From Carcharhinus amblyrhynchos (taxonomy: Eukaryota), in assembly GCA_965287045.1 (NCBI GenBank), contig OZ336870.1, positions 58,900,001-58,964,000 of the forward strand: a stretch of 64,000 nt of DNA, read 5' to 3'. The number at the start of each line of letters is the position of its first letter. The stretch's first letter is position 1. This document shows positions 38,411 through 50,075 of the stretch, in pieces. A program made the position numbers and the translations under genes. The notes below the pieces were generated by a model that worked only from the letters and a program-made list of their open reading frames with translations, had not been told where the DNA came from and did no database searches.

Positions 38411-39199
38411 AAAATAAAGAAAATGTTTTCGGACCCTCTGGAGGTCTCATTGAAAAGGGGACAATCAGACATTACTGACTGGGAGGAATCTGCCATAAAC
38501 CATGACATGTAGCAGCACTCCATCCAATAAGCTCAAAACAGTCAGGAACTGACCGCATCAATTCCGTTGTGGAGAAGCAGCACAATTGGATGGAGAGAGA
38601 TCGGAGTCCTGGCTTGAGACTCCATCCTACTCCTCAGGGTAACTCTTGTCCTCTCTGCCCACAGACCTGTGATTCTAGCATGGGCCTGTTAAGTCACCTG
38701 TCGACACACAACTCGTGATTTCTGGCAGACATCATCATCGTTCTGAGGCTCTAATGGTGATTTTATAAAGAAGTAATCGGTTACTATATGCTCCTTGTCA
38801 GGAAGGGGCCTTGGAGGTGAAATGACACTGATAAATGGCTATCACCTCAATAGCTGTGTACCACCGTCCAAGCTAACTCTTAATCCATATCTACTTCCAG
38901 GCATCTATTCTTTCCTAATTGAATACGTTCACATTGTCCGCTGTACAGATGCTCCACACAGTCAGCCTAGATGCATTCGAAATAAAGAGCAAATGGAGGC
39001 GAATTAATGAGTCCTAAACCCATTAAATAAAGTGGACACCTCACTCCTTCCCCGGTGGATCTTGTTTTCTAAGATCTGTAGACTGTACACGTTTTGTTAC
39101 CCAGTCAACACAGGATCTGAATGTTTGAAAGGCATTCATCTGTTTATCTAACGGTCATCACTTTGAATAAAGATAATGGTAAAGTTGTCTGGAATTGAA

Positions 39200-40908
39200 T
39201 TAAACGCAGGAACTTTAAGAGAAATGAAACACCGCGGCTTCCTAAATACACCACTCGGATTAAAACGACGCTCAAGACCCATTTTAAGGCAAACGCCAGC
39301 CACTGTGGATCAATACGAATTAATGTCCTCCGTTTTATTTCACCTGAATTGGGGAGGGGGGCGGGGGGGTGTTGGAGACACAAGAGGGGAGAGGGCAGGG
39401 GTCTTTGTTATTCTTAACTCCAGATTAGACACCATTTCTGGAGGCTTGGTAATGACCCCAAATGACGCAATTTGTAAACCGCACGCTAATTCCCAGGCAT
39501 GAAATTGAACGCTGTAATGTTCACAATGCTTCATTCAATTCAACCGGCGTGGTGAGCAGATCAGCTGCAAGAAGAACACAGTCATGGTGCTGTCTGAATA
39601 AGACTGCATGCAGACACGGTCAGTTTCCGAATGGAAATTCCCCTGGAAAGGACAGCCGCCCCACGTGATTTACAGCAGGAGAATGTGACTCTGAATGAGT
39701 GCACTTGTGGCACCCAAAGTGAATCCTTCATCCCGAGGCTCCTGTGGTCCGGCACCCAAAGCGAGGAAAGCCGCTGGCCGCCTCTCTCTCTCTCTCTGTG
39801 CCACTATATGGGCTCCAGGGGCCTGCCTCCTCATCGCATCTACTGTAGACTGGCATCCCGACAACTGTAGCATTTAATTTAATAATAATAAAACACTAAT
39901 CACTTATAACACAGCTATTTTCACAAGTGGGGGGGGGGGTATCAGATTCTCTAAGGGTTACCGACTGAGGGGAAAAAAAATCTTCACACCGAATTTCCAA
40001 ACACAAATCGCAGTTGCAGCTTTTAAAACGCATTGATAGATTCGGGGACATTAATCAGACATGATTGATTTGTAGTTTATACATTGGTGTGGCTAGAATA
40101 ATCCTATTCAGAATAAATAATAAGGAAGAATCGAATTTGTGGATGGGACACATCGTGCTTATTGAATCAGAGCCCACCCCTGCCCCCTCCCCACCCCTGC
40201 CAACCCACTCCCCACCCCCCCACACACACAAATCTGGTGTATGGCATTTATCACAGAAGGGGCTGAGTGAGTGAGTGAGTGAGTGAGTACTGTCAAATCT
40301 GTATTAGGAATCCGATTTCTTCAGCGGCTGACGCTCACATTTCACCTGCTGAGTGCTGAGAGCCTTCAGTCCTTACGCTGATTCAATTAAAAGAAAAACG
40401 TGAGCAAAAATACCGTGTGGCTTGTATACCTGCCCGGATCGACAGCGCCGGTCACAGGTTGCATGTTACCCGCCCTCGGGGGAACAAACAAAATGCAGAA
40501 GGAATAACTAATGAAGAAATCAGGCTGAAGGAAGAAGAGGCTTTATTAGTTTTCGAAATCGCGAAGCCTTGTGGAGCAGGGGGTGTGTATGTGTGTGTGG
40601 AGGCTGCGGCGGCCCGTAGTACAGCACATCTCGGAAGAAGAGCAGCTGGATCGCTATTGTCATCTTTGGCCAGCTGGAAAGCAGCAGCTGCAGCAGCCGC
40701 CTGGACAGGAGCAGCCCCGGAGAGAGCCCCATCTCAGTGGCCCTCGTACCGCCTCCCACCTGCACCACACTGGGGACTGTGACCTTGAGCTGAGCGGCGG
40801 CACCATTCGCAATTCTGCTTTTACTGGAGGAGGAGGAGGAGGAAGGGGGGAAGACGCACACACACACAAAAAGGCAAACAAAAACATTTCTCTCTCTGTT
40901 TACACTTC
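39200..40908 (+). promoter_or_regulatory. PARP8: PARP8 promoter / 5' leader region
   Basis: Repeat-free, CpG-enriched relative to flanks, directly upstream of the PARP8 ATG; (GAGT)n ~40265-40288, GCA and GGA runs, E-box cacgtg 39662, TGACGCAAT 39463; TSS not determinable. Confidence 0.7.
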
Positions 40909-40999
40909 ATGGGGATGTGTTCAAGGCAGGAGCGGATACAGACAGACATAGACAGCGTACTCCAGAGGTGCAAGGCGGACAAGGACTGTCTGTTTTCCG
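40909..40999 (+). CDS. PARP8: PARP8 (mono-ADP-ribosyltransferase) first coding exon, 91 nt
   Basis: Translates MGMCSRQERIQTDIDSVLQRCKADKDCLFS, matching the recalled human PARP8 N-terminus MGMCSRQERIQKDIDVVIQKSRAEKDCLFA; donor G|gtaaga at 41000. Confidence 0.96.
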
Positions 41000-41508
41000 G
41001 TAAGATTAGCTTTTTAAATTAATCCTAAACGCTGCTTTGTGTCTGTACTAAAACCCTGGCAGTGTACTGCCATTGTATTCAATTTGGTTCATTAACAGCA
41101 TGCCATCTATCTATCTACCTAGATACATAAGGCAAGTCACCTTTGGTGATACATTCTGTGCATTAATTTGCAATTGAGATATTTTTAATACGAGCTCTGT
41201 GTGATGGAGCAGATGGATGAATGCGACTGTATTTGCAGTTTCTGTTCATTTCCATGGATCTGCCCGTTCGCATCGACAATTTTGTTGTCGCTATGGAAAC
41301 ACTTGTTGCAGAGACACGTACAGTAAATGCCCAGCTCTATGAAGTGCTCCATCGCAGACTGTGCAACGTGATTGCCTAGGGCTGGATTTGTCTCCGTTAA
41401 TCCACCCCTGGCAGATCTCACTCGCAATAACAACAGGCGAGCCCCAAATCCGGTGCTTGCTTTGATCACTACCTTCTTTCTGATGTTTCTTTTTCTTCCC
41501 CATTTTAG

Positions 41509-41563
41509 ATTTCAGATATTCCGACTCCACCTTCACCTATACATATACAAGAGGCGCGAAGAG
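41509..41563 (+). CDS. PARP8: PARP8 second coding exon, 55 nt
   Basis: Polypyrimidine tract and tttag acceptor; phase-compatible with exon 1; DFRYSDSTFTYTYTRGAK vs human DFRYSDSTFTFTYVGGPR; donor AG|gtaggg. Confidence 0.96.
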
Positions 41564-42732
41564 GTAGGGTAAAACTTTCTCTCTCTACCCACCCCCTCCT
41601 CCCATTGATTAAAAAGAAGTTTGTGCGAGTTACCACATTGTTTTTAAAACAAGTAGTTATTTCTTCTGAACTTCCGCATCTCCAGGCAAATAAGTTAAAC
41701 AGAGAAAGAAAAGGGTGGTTGTGTGTTTTTTCAACAAAACTTCATGCCAGCTATTCGAAGCAGCACAGACAGATCATTGGTTTGCGGAACTGCTCTCGTC
41801 TGAGGGAGGAAGCATTATACTTCATCTCGACTGCTCAAACGCGAACAAGATAAAACATCTCCAAAAAGTCCTTGCGTAACATCCTATTGCGTAACACACT
41901 CTCAAAACATTGGAAATAGCAACACTTTCTCTGACCCACAACTAAATATCTAACAAAACAAAGCTGGTGGGTTTACTGTCATTGTGTTAATTAAACTGCA
42001 TGTGTTCACCTCGACGAAGCTACTAAATGAAATGAAGCAAACTAAATACTGAATAACAGGGCATTAAAACAAATAATATGGGACGTGGATTGCGATTTCT
42101 TTGACCTTGCTCCCCCCCACCTCTCCACCAACAACCAAACACTTTGCACTGTGTTACAATCAAATTCAGAGTTTCGCGACACAAAAAGTTGGTTGATATG
42201 TTTCTAGTTGCGATAGCTCTATCAATCAATATGGCCACTCCAATATAATTCATACTGTTCTTCAAATGCCATTGTAATGATCCAACTTTAACCAAGTCTG
42301 CATTAACAGGATGGATATGAGAACCCAAGGCTCAGTGGAAATTCCCTTACAGGAACGGCCTTTGTTTTGAATTTAAGGCATGGTCTAAAGTTGGGTATTT
42401 TTTTACAGAAAAGGGGATTTTTGTTTAGATTGCCAGGCCCAAGTTTGACACCACTTGATTTTTGCCAGTGGTTTGAATGATTGTGCAACCGCGGGTAAGA
42501 GGAAATGATCATCGTTCGGACTCCAAAGAGGTTTTGAAACACTGAGAATGTGCTCAGAAACACAACATAATGAGAGAATCTCCATCTCAATTCTAATCAT
42601 TGCAGCACTAGCAAAGAGTGTACAGTCAGAGCAGGAGATGAATGACAAAAACAACACCTTATAATCATCAGTCCATTTATTCGTTCATAGTTTCATTCAT
42701 TGTATGTTTTTTGTTCTGAATGAATTTGAATG

Positions 42733-43056
42733 GGGTGGCACACTGGTTAGCACTGCTGCCTTAGCACCAGGGATTTGGGTTTGATTCTGGCCTCAGGTAA
42801 CTATCTGTGTGGAGTTTGCATATTCTCTCCGTAACTGCGTGTTTCTTCCGGGTGCTCCGGTTTCCTCCCACGTTCCAAAGATGTGCGGGTTAAGTGGATT
42901 GGCCGTGCTAAATTGGCCCTTAATGTCAGAGGGACTAGCAGGGTAAATACAAGGGGTCTGGGGATATGGCCTGGATGGGGAATGTTGCCAGGGCAGGCGC
43001 AATGGGCCGAATGGCCTCCTTCTGCATTGTAGGGATTCTATAATTCTATGATTCTA
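42733..43056 (+). mobile_element. HE1-type V-SINE
   Basis: tRNA head, V-domain gggtgctccggtttcctcccac, tail gggccgaatggcctccttctgcattgtagggattcta. Confidence 0.92.
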
Positions 43057-44144
43057 ATTATAAACACCTTTCAGTCATTATGGGGAGAGGAGGAAGCTAT
43101 TCAGCACTTCCAGCCTGTTTCACCATTTAATTAAATCATTGCTGATCAGTGCTTCAACAACATTTATCCACCTTTGCTCTACATTGCTTGATGTCTTTAT
43201 GTAACAAAAATGTATTGGCCTCGGACGCAAAAATTTAAATTGATCCAGCATCTGCGGCCTTTTAGTAGATGAGTGTCCAGTTTCCTACCACTATTTGTAC
43301 AAAACAGTACTTCCGACATTCACTCCTAAATGCGTGACTTCATAAGATAATGCTTCCCCCCTGACCTCCCCCGCCCCCCCTTGTTCTAGATTTCCCACCA
43401 GAGGAAATAGTTTCTCAGCATGTACTCTATCAGCTTCCCTTATCATTTTAAAGGTCATTTCCTCGACCATTAAGTTAATGTAAACTAAGTTTAATCTGTC
43501 CTCCCTCATCATTCAACGCTTTAGAATCCCTACAGAATCCCGAAAGTGCAGAAGGAGGCTATTCAGCCCATTGAGTCTGCACTGACCACAACCCCACCCA
43601 GGCCCTAACCCCTTAGTCCCATGTATTTATCCTGCCAAACCCCCTGACACTCTTGGGCAATTCACCTAACCCAACACATCTTCAGGCTTGATATCATTCT
43701 ACTGAATTTGCACTATGCCTTTTCCGAGGAAGATATATTTCTGAAGTTCAGCATCTAAAACCGAATGTTGTACTCGAGATGATTGGGTTTGATCAAGGTT
43801 CTGTCCAACTGAAGCATAATTTCCTTCTTCGTATTCCCAGTTGCATGGGTAAAGACAACAATTCCAATCAGCGATCATTCCCTTTATTTCTCTCCCCACC
43901 TTCTAATCGCCAACTAATTATCAATAGATGTTACAATATACCTCAAATGCAATCTGCTTTCATGTTTTGTTAACAATCTTTTGTTTTGCATCTTTTATAA
44001 ATGTTTTCTGGAAATCCATATAGCTATCACCCATCAGCATCCCATTGCTTCCACTGCCCATCAGACTAAAAACTTCCACAAACTTTGCAACTAGATTGCT
44101 CTGAGATTATCTATTTTTTCACAAATTTATGCTGACTCTTAGAA

Positions 44145-47100
44145 AGAAACACAGAACAGTTCAGTACCAGAACAGGCCTTTCAGCCCACCAAGCCTGCAC
44201 CAACATATGATGCCTTTCCAAAATAAAGACCTTTTGCCACTATGTGGTCCATATTCCTCTATTTCCTGCCTCTTCATGTGTCTGTCAAAATGCTTCTTAA
44301 ATATTGCTATTGTGCCTGTTTTTATCACCTCCTCTGGCAGCGCATTCTAGGCACTTAACACCCTCTATAAAAAAAATCTGCCTCTCACATTGCCTTTAAA
44401 CTCTTCCCCTTTTACCTTAAACCTATGTTCCCCCAATAATTGACATTCCTATCCTGGGAAAAAAACTCTGACTATCCATTCCATCCATGCCTGCCTTTAT
44501 TTTGTAAACTTCTATCAGATTCCCCTTAGCCTATAACGTTCAAGTGAGAACAAACCAAGTTTGTCCAATCTCTCCTCAGAGCAAGTACCCTCCAAACCAG
44601 ACAACATTCTGGTAAACAAAAAGAGAAAATGCTGGAAAATCTCAGCAGATCTGACAGCACCTGTGGAGAGAGAATAGAGCAAATGTTTCTAGTCTGAATG
44701 ACCCTTCATCAGAGCTGACGAAGGGTCGTGCAGACTCGAAACTCAGACCTGCTGAGATTTTCCAGCATTTTCTATTTTTGTTTCAGATTCCAACATTGCA
44801 GTAGTTTGCTTTCAACATCTTGGTAAACCTTTTCTGCATCCTCTACAAAGCCTCTACATCCTTCTGGTAGCATTATGAACAGAACTGTACGCAGTATTCC
44901 AAATGTGGCCTAACTAAAGTTCTACTTAACTGCAACATGATTTGCCAATTTTTGTACTCTATGCCCTCCCTGATGAAGGCAAGCATGTCATATGCCTTTT
45001 GACCACTTTATTCACACCTGTTGCCACTTTCAAGAAACTGTGGACCTGTAACCCTAGATCCCTCTTTGTTAATTTGTCATTTACTATACACTTCCCTCTT
45101 GCATTAGACTTTCCAAAATGCATCACCTTGCATTTGTCTGGATAAAATTCCATCTGCCATTTCTCTGCTCAAGTCTCCAGCCTATTTATATCTTGTTGTA
45201 TCCTCTGACAATCCTCCTCAATATCTCAGCTCCCCAATCTTTGTATCACCCACAACTTACTAATCAGTCCAGCTGCATTCTCCAGTCAGAAAAACACCCT
45301 TCCACTGCTAATCTCTATCTTCTATGACCAACCCAGTTTTATATCCATCTTCTGTATCAGCCTGCCATGAGGGACCTTGTTAAAGGCTCTGCTAAAGAAC
45401 ATTTATATAACATCCACTGCCCTGCTCTCATCAATCATCTTTGTCACTTCATCAAAAAACTCAAATTAAGCTTGTGGGACACGACCACCCCACACAAAGT
45501 CATGCTGCTTATCATTAATAAGTCCATATTTTTCCAAATGTGAGTAAATTCTGTTCCAAAGAATCCTCTCCAATAATTTCCCGACTGCTGATGTAATGAT
45601 CACCGGCCTATAATTTTGCAGATTATCCCTCTTTGCCCTTCCTAAACAAAGGAACAACCAGTCCTCTGGGACCTGTCCTGTGACCAAAGAGGGTACAATG
45701 ATTTTGTATATGGTCCCAGCAATTCCCTCTCTTGCCTCCCTCAGTATTCTGGGATTGATTCCATCAGGCCTTGAGGACTTGTGCACCTTAATGCCTTTCA
45801 AAACACTCAACACCTCCTCCTTTTTAATACTGGCATGCCCATGAAGATCAACATAGCCCTCTCTCAACTTACCGTCCACCATGTCCTTCTCCTTTGTGAA
45901 TACGAATGCAAACTATTTGTTAAGGATTTCACCCACTTTCTCCGGCTCCCTCCTTTGTCCTTGAGTGTACCTACCCATTCCCTAACTACTCTCTTGCTCC
46001 TTGTATGTGTATAAAATGTCTTGGGATTTTCCTTAATCCTGTTCATCAAAGACATTTCATGGCCTTTTAACTTTCCTAACTCCTTGTTTAAGTTCTTTGC
46101 TGCTTTCTTCATTTTTTTGAGGGCTCTGTCTTCAGTTTCCTAAACCTCATGTACACTTCCTTTTTCTTTTTGACTAAACTCACAATTTTTCTTGTCATCT
46201 AAGGTTCCTGAATCTTGCCATCCTTATCCTTCATTTTCACAGGGACATGCTGGCCCTGAACTCTAATCAACTGGCCTTTAAAAGATGTCCACATCACAGA
46301 TGCAGATTTACCCTCAGACAGCTGCCCCTAGGTCCTGCCTAAACTACATGTCCCAGGTCCTGCCTACTTTTGTTGTAGTTAGCCATCTCTCAACTTTCAC
46401 TTGAGGACTACTCTTATCCTTAACCATAAGTAACTTAAAACTTAAGGAATTATGATCATTGTTCCTGAAATGCTCCTCCATTGAAACTTCAATCATCTGG
46501 TTGGGCTCGTTCCCCAATACCAGGTCTAGTATGGCCCCTTCCTTGGTTGGACTATTTACATATTGCTTCAAGAAATCCTCCTGATCACACCTAACAAATT
46601 CCCCCAACATCCAGGCCCCTGGCACGAAGGGAATCCCAGTCAATACAAAGGAAGTTAAAATCATCCACCACAACAACCCTGTTGTTTTTGTATTTTTCCA
46701 CAATCTGTCCACATATCTGTTCTTCTATCCCACTGGCTGATGGGAGGCCTGTAGCACAACCCCATCAAATTAATTTCACCATTTCTATTCCTGAGCTGTA
46801 CCCACGTGGCCTCGCTGGATCAGTCCTCCAAGGATTCCTTCTCAGTACTGTTATGATATATTCCCTAATCAGTAATGCAACTCTCCCACCTTTTTTATAT
46901 CCCTCACTATTACGTCTGAAACATCAAAATGCAGGAATGTTAAGTCTTGTTCCTCTCTCAACCAAGGCTCTGTAATAGCTACAACTTCATAGTTATATGT
47001 ACTAATCCAAGCTCTAAGTTCATCTGCCTTGCCTGTCATATCCCTTGCTTTAAAACAAATACACCTCAAACCGCCACTCCCGTCGTGTTCAGTAACCTCT

Positions 47101-47335
47101 CCCTGTCTGTTCATCCTCTTAGCTTTACTGGCCTTAGTCTCTAACTCTTCTTCAGTCATTTTACTTGCTGATCTACTGCTCTGGTTCTCACCCTCTCCTG
47201 CCACACTAGGTTAAACCCTCCCAACTGACACTAGAAAACTTCCCTGCCAGCATATTGATGCCCTCCAGTTTAGGTGTAACTTACTCCCCTTTTACAGGTC
47301 TCACCAACCCTGGAAGACATCCCAGTGATCTTATT
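44145..47335 (-). mobile_element. Long decayed CR1 LINE: end of ORF1 (SGNH-esterase-like), APE endonuclease and RT
   Basis: LHLNWR near 47270; KADELRAWISTYNYEVVAITEPWL; GAILDLVLGNEP; NYRPVIITSAVGKLLE; KCKVMHFGKSN. Confidence 0.92.
44618..44812. mobile_element. Fold-back Penelope-derived element with back-to-back hammerhead-like cores
   Basis: + core ctgacgaagggtcgtgcagactcgaaac 44715-44742; - core ctgatgaagggtcattcagactagaaac 44712-44685; 16-bp TSD caacatYYtggtaaac. Confidence 0.82.
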
Positions 47336-47899
47336 TGATCAACGTATTCAGACTTGTTCAAGTGCTCACCTGTGCAGTTTTTTAAATCACGGATTTCAGT
47401 AACTTTCCCACAAATAACATGAAATCAAAGGACCTTTAGTCCCTTGATTTCTCTCTCCCTCTTCTTCAATATTTTCAATCTTCCAATCTAAAGACATAAT
47501 TCTGAATCTAAATGTTTTGGAAAATTTGGACATATTCATCTGCAATTTTTTTTATTGTTTTAACATTCTGAGCAGGAAATCATCAGATTCTGGAGCATTG
47601 ACCATCTTAATTCCTATCATTTTCTCCATTCCAATTTTTTAAACTTATATTCAATAAGTTTGTTCCTTTTTACTTACTTTTGTGTCACTGGTGCTTAGTG
47701 TTATAGGGTAAATATTGGTCTTCTTGGAATAATACTTTCATTAGAATGAACCAATGCCAGTTGATGAGTGCAGACATTGCCTATAGATTATATTTGTTTT
47801 AAATATGAACTTATTATGAATTTCCAGAACTGAATAGCAAAACTTCATACAGTAGAATTTTGTATACTTCTTACTTACTGCTGATTAAAAATTTAATTA

Positions 47900-48575
47900 T
47901 AACCAAGTCGATAAAAGCAGGCTCACAGGTCAGCAAAGCAATTAAAAGTGCTAACAAAGCTCTGGGATTTATTTCTAGGGGCACTGGATTCAAAAGTAGT
48001 GAAGTTGTATTAAACTTGTACAGGAACCTGGTCAGGTTGCACTCTGCATTATTGTGCACAACTGTTGTCTCAAAGGGTATTGAAGCAGTGGAGAAGTGGA
48101 AAGAAAGATTTGCAAGGATGGTATCAGAGCTGAGAGATCATAGCTATCAGGAGAGATTGGACAGGTTGGGGCTTGGTACTTGAAAAAAAGAGAAGACTTA
48201 GAGGTAAGTTATTAAAGGTCTTCAAAAATTTAATGGTTCGAACAGAGTAGATGCAGAGAGAGTGTTTCCACTTGTATGAGAATCCAAAATGAGAAACCAT
48301 AAATAAAAGATAGTTACTAATAAATCCAATGGGGAAATAAGAAGACATTTCTTGAATAAGCGTGATTAAAATGTGGAACATTCTACCACAGGATGTAATA
48401 GAAGCAAATAGCCTGGATGTTTTCATAAGGAAACAAGATGAGGACAAGAGAGAAAAGAGAATAGCAAGAGATGGTGAAAGACTAAGATGACGTAAATGGA
48501 ATAAGATACACATGTGAAGTAGAAACAACAGCACAGAACAGTTGACCTGTTCTTGCTCTATCTATTCTATATAAT
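47900..48575 (+). mobile_element. Old CR1 3' fragment
   Basis: KSANKALGFISRG...LNLYRNLVRLH...SYQERLDRLGL. Confidence 0.8.
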
Positions 48576-48724
48576 TATACTGTAGTGTAGGGTTTGTCAC
48601 TTCATCTGCTGTGTAGTCCCTCTGGCGGTACAGTGCTCACTCTGTGCACAACAAAGAGTTAATTGCAAACTAAATGAGTTCTGCATTGGCATAAAATACC
48701 TTCAGCCCCCAAGGGAGATGATCC

Positions 48725-50075
48725 TTGGTTTTAGCCCCGCTCCAGAGAATTGAGCATATAGGTTGACACTGCAATGAACCCAGCTATTCATAACATATAT
48801 TAATGATTTGGATGAGGGGACAAAATGTAACATCTGAAAGTTTGCACATGATCCCAGGTTGGGAAGGAGGGTGAACTGTGACGAGGACGCAGGGATCCTT
48901 CAGCACGATCTGGACAGGTTGGGTGAGTGGGCAAATCAATGCCAAATGCAGCATAATTTGGATAAATGTGAAGTTATTCATTTTGGCAGCAAAAACAAGA
49001 AAGCAGCCTGAATGGCTGTAAATTGGAAGAGGGGGTCCTGGATGTCCTTGTGCACCAGTTGGTAAAGGTAAGCATGCAGGTGCAGCAGATGATAAAGAAG
49101 GTAAATGGCATGTTGGCCTTCATTGTGAGAGATTTTGAGTTCAGGAGCAGGGATGAGTTGTTGCAATTGTACAGGGCCTTGGTGAGGCCATACCTAGAGT
49201 ATAGTGTGCAGTTTTCTGAGGAAGGATGTTCTTGCTCTCGAGGGAGGGCTATGAAGGTTTACCAGGCTGATTCCAGGGATGGTGGGACTGATGTATGAGA
49301 AGAGATTAAGTAGGTTAGGATTGTTTTTGCTGGAGCTCAGGTGAATGAGAGGGATCTCATGGAGACTTATAAAATTCTAACAGGAGTGGACAGGGTAGAT
49401 GTAGGGAGGATGTTCCCGATGGTGGGGGTGTCCAGAACCAGAGGTCACAGTCTGAAGATTCAGGGTAGACCATTTTGGATGGAGGTGAGAAGACATTTCT
49501 TCACCCAAAGAGTGGTGAGCCTGTGGAATTCATTACCACAGGAAGTAGTTGATGCCAAAACATTGAATGCATTCAAGAGGAGGCTGGATATAGCATTTGG
49601 GGTGAATGAGATCAAAGGTTATGGGGAGAAAACAGGATTAGGCTATTGAGCTGGACAATCAGCCATGCTTGTGACAAATGGCAGAGCAGGCTCAAAGGGC
49701 CAATGGCCTCCTCCTGCTCCTATCCTCTATGTTTCTATGTTTAATGCAATGCTGAGCGAGTGCTGTGATTCCATCTTTTAGCTGAGATGTTAAACTAAGG
49801 CATCATTTGTCCTCTTAGGTGGACATAAAAGATCGCATGGCACTATTTCAAAGAAAAGCAGGGTTTTCCTGGTGTTTGGTCAATATTTATCTCTCTCTAA
49901 CATTGCAAAAACAAATTACCCAGTCATTAATCTCATTGGTGTTTGTGGAGCATTAAAGTGTGTAAATTGGCTGCTACATTTCCCGATATTAAACCAGTGA
50001 CTACATTATAAAAGTATTTAGTTTTCTGTAAAACACTTTGAAACTTCCTAAGGTCATGTAAAATACATAAAGACA
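48725..50075 (+). mobile_element. Deu-domain SINE (SacSINE1-like) split by a CR1 insertion
   Basis: Head 48725-48776 and Deu domain 49745-50075 (gagatgttaaac...aggtggacataaaagatcgcatggcactattt); TSD tgcaatg at 48770-48776 and 49745-49751. Confidence 0.8.
48777..49744 (+). mobile_element. CR1 LINE 3' part
   Basis: LYRALVRPYLEYSVQF, FFTQRVVSLWNSLP; tail ctatgtttctatgt. Confidence 0.92.

Larger units (their letters stand above)
27900..38760 (+). mobile_element. Near full-length decayed RTE LINE fragmented by nested insertions
   Basis: Collinear pieces: APE (TWNMCTL, VLSETRF) 28040-29460; RT (NNKPCGMDNTPTEIYKAG 33040-33225; IVVSLFKQEEKSICGN 35300-35660; GIKQA 36720-37275); C-terminus (QLRWS 37900-38140; CPLCPQTC...LLSHLSTH 38420-38715). 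Confidence 0.85.

Noticed and set aside
1-39000. Exons of a neighbouring gene such as EMB on the minus strand
   Set aside because: No recognisable peptide with splice signals
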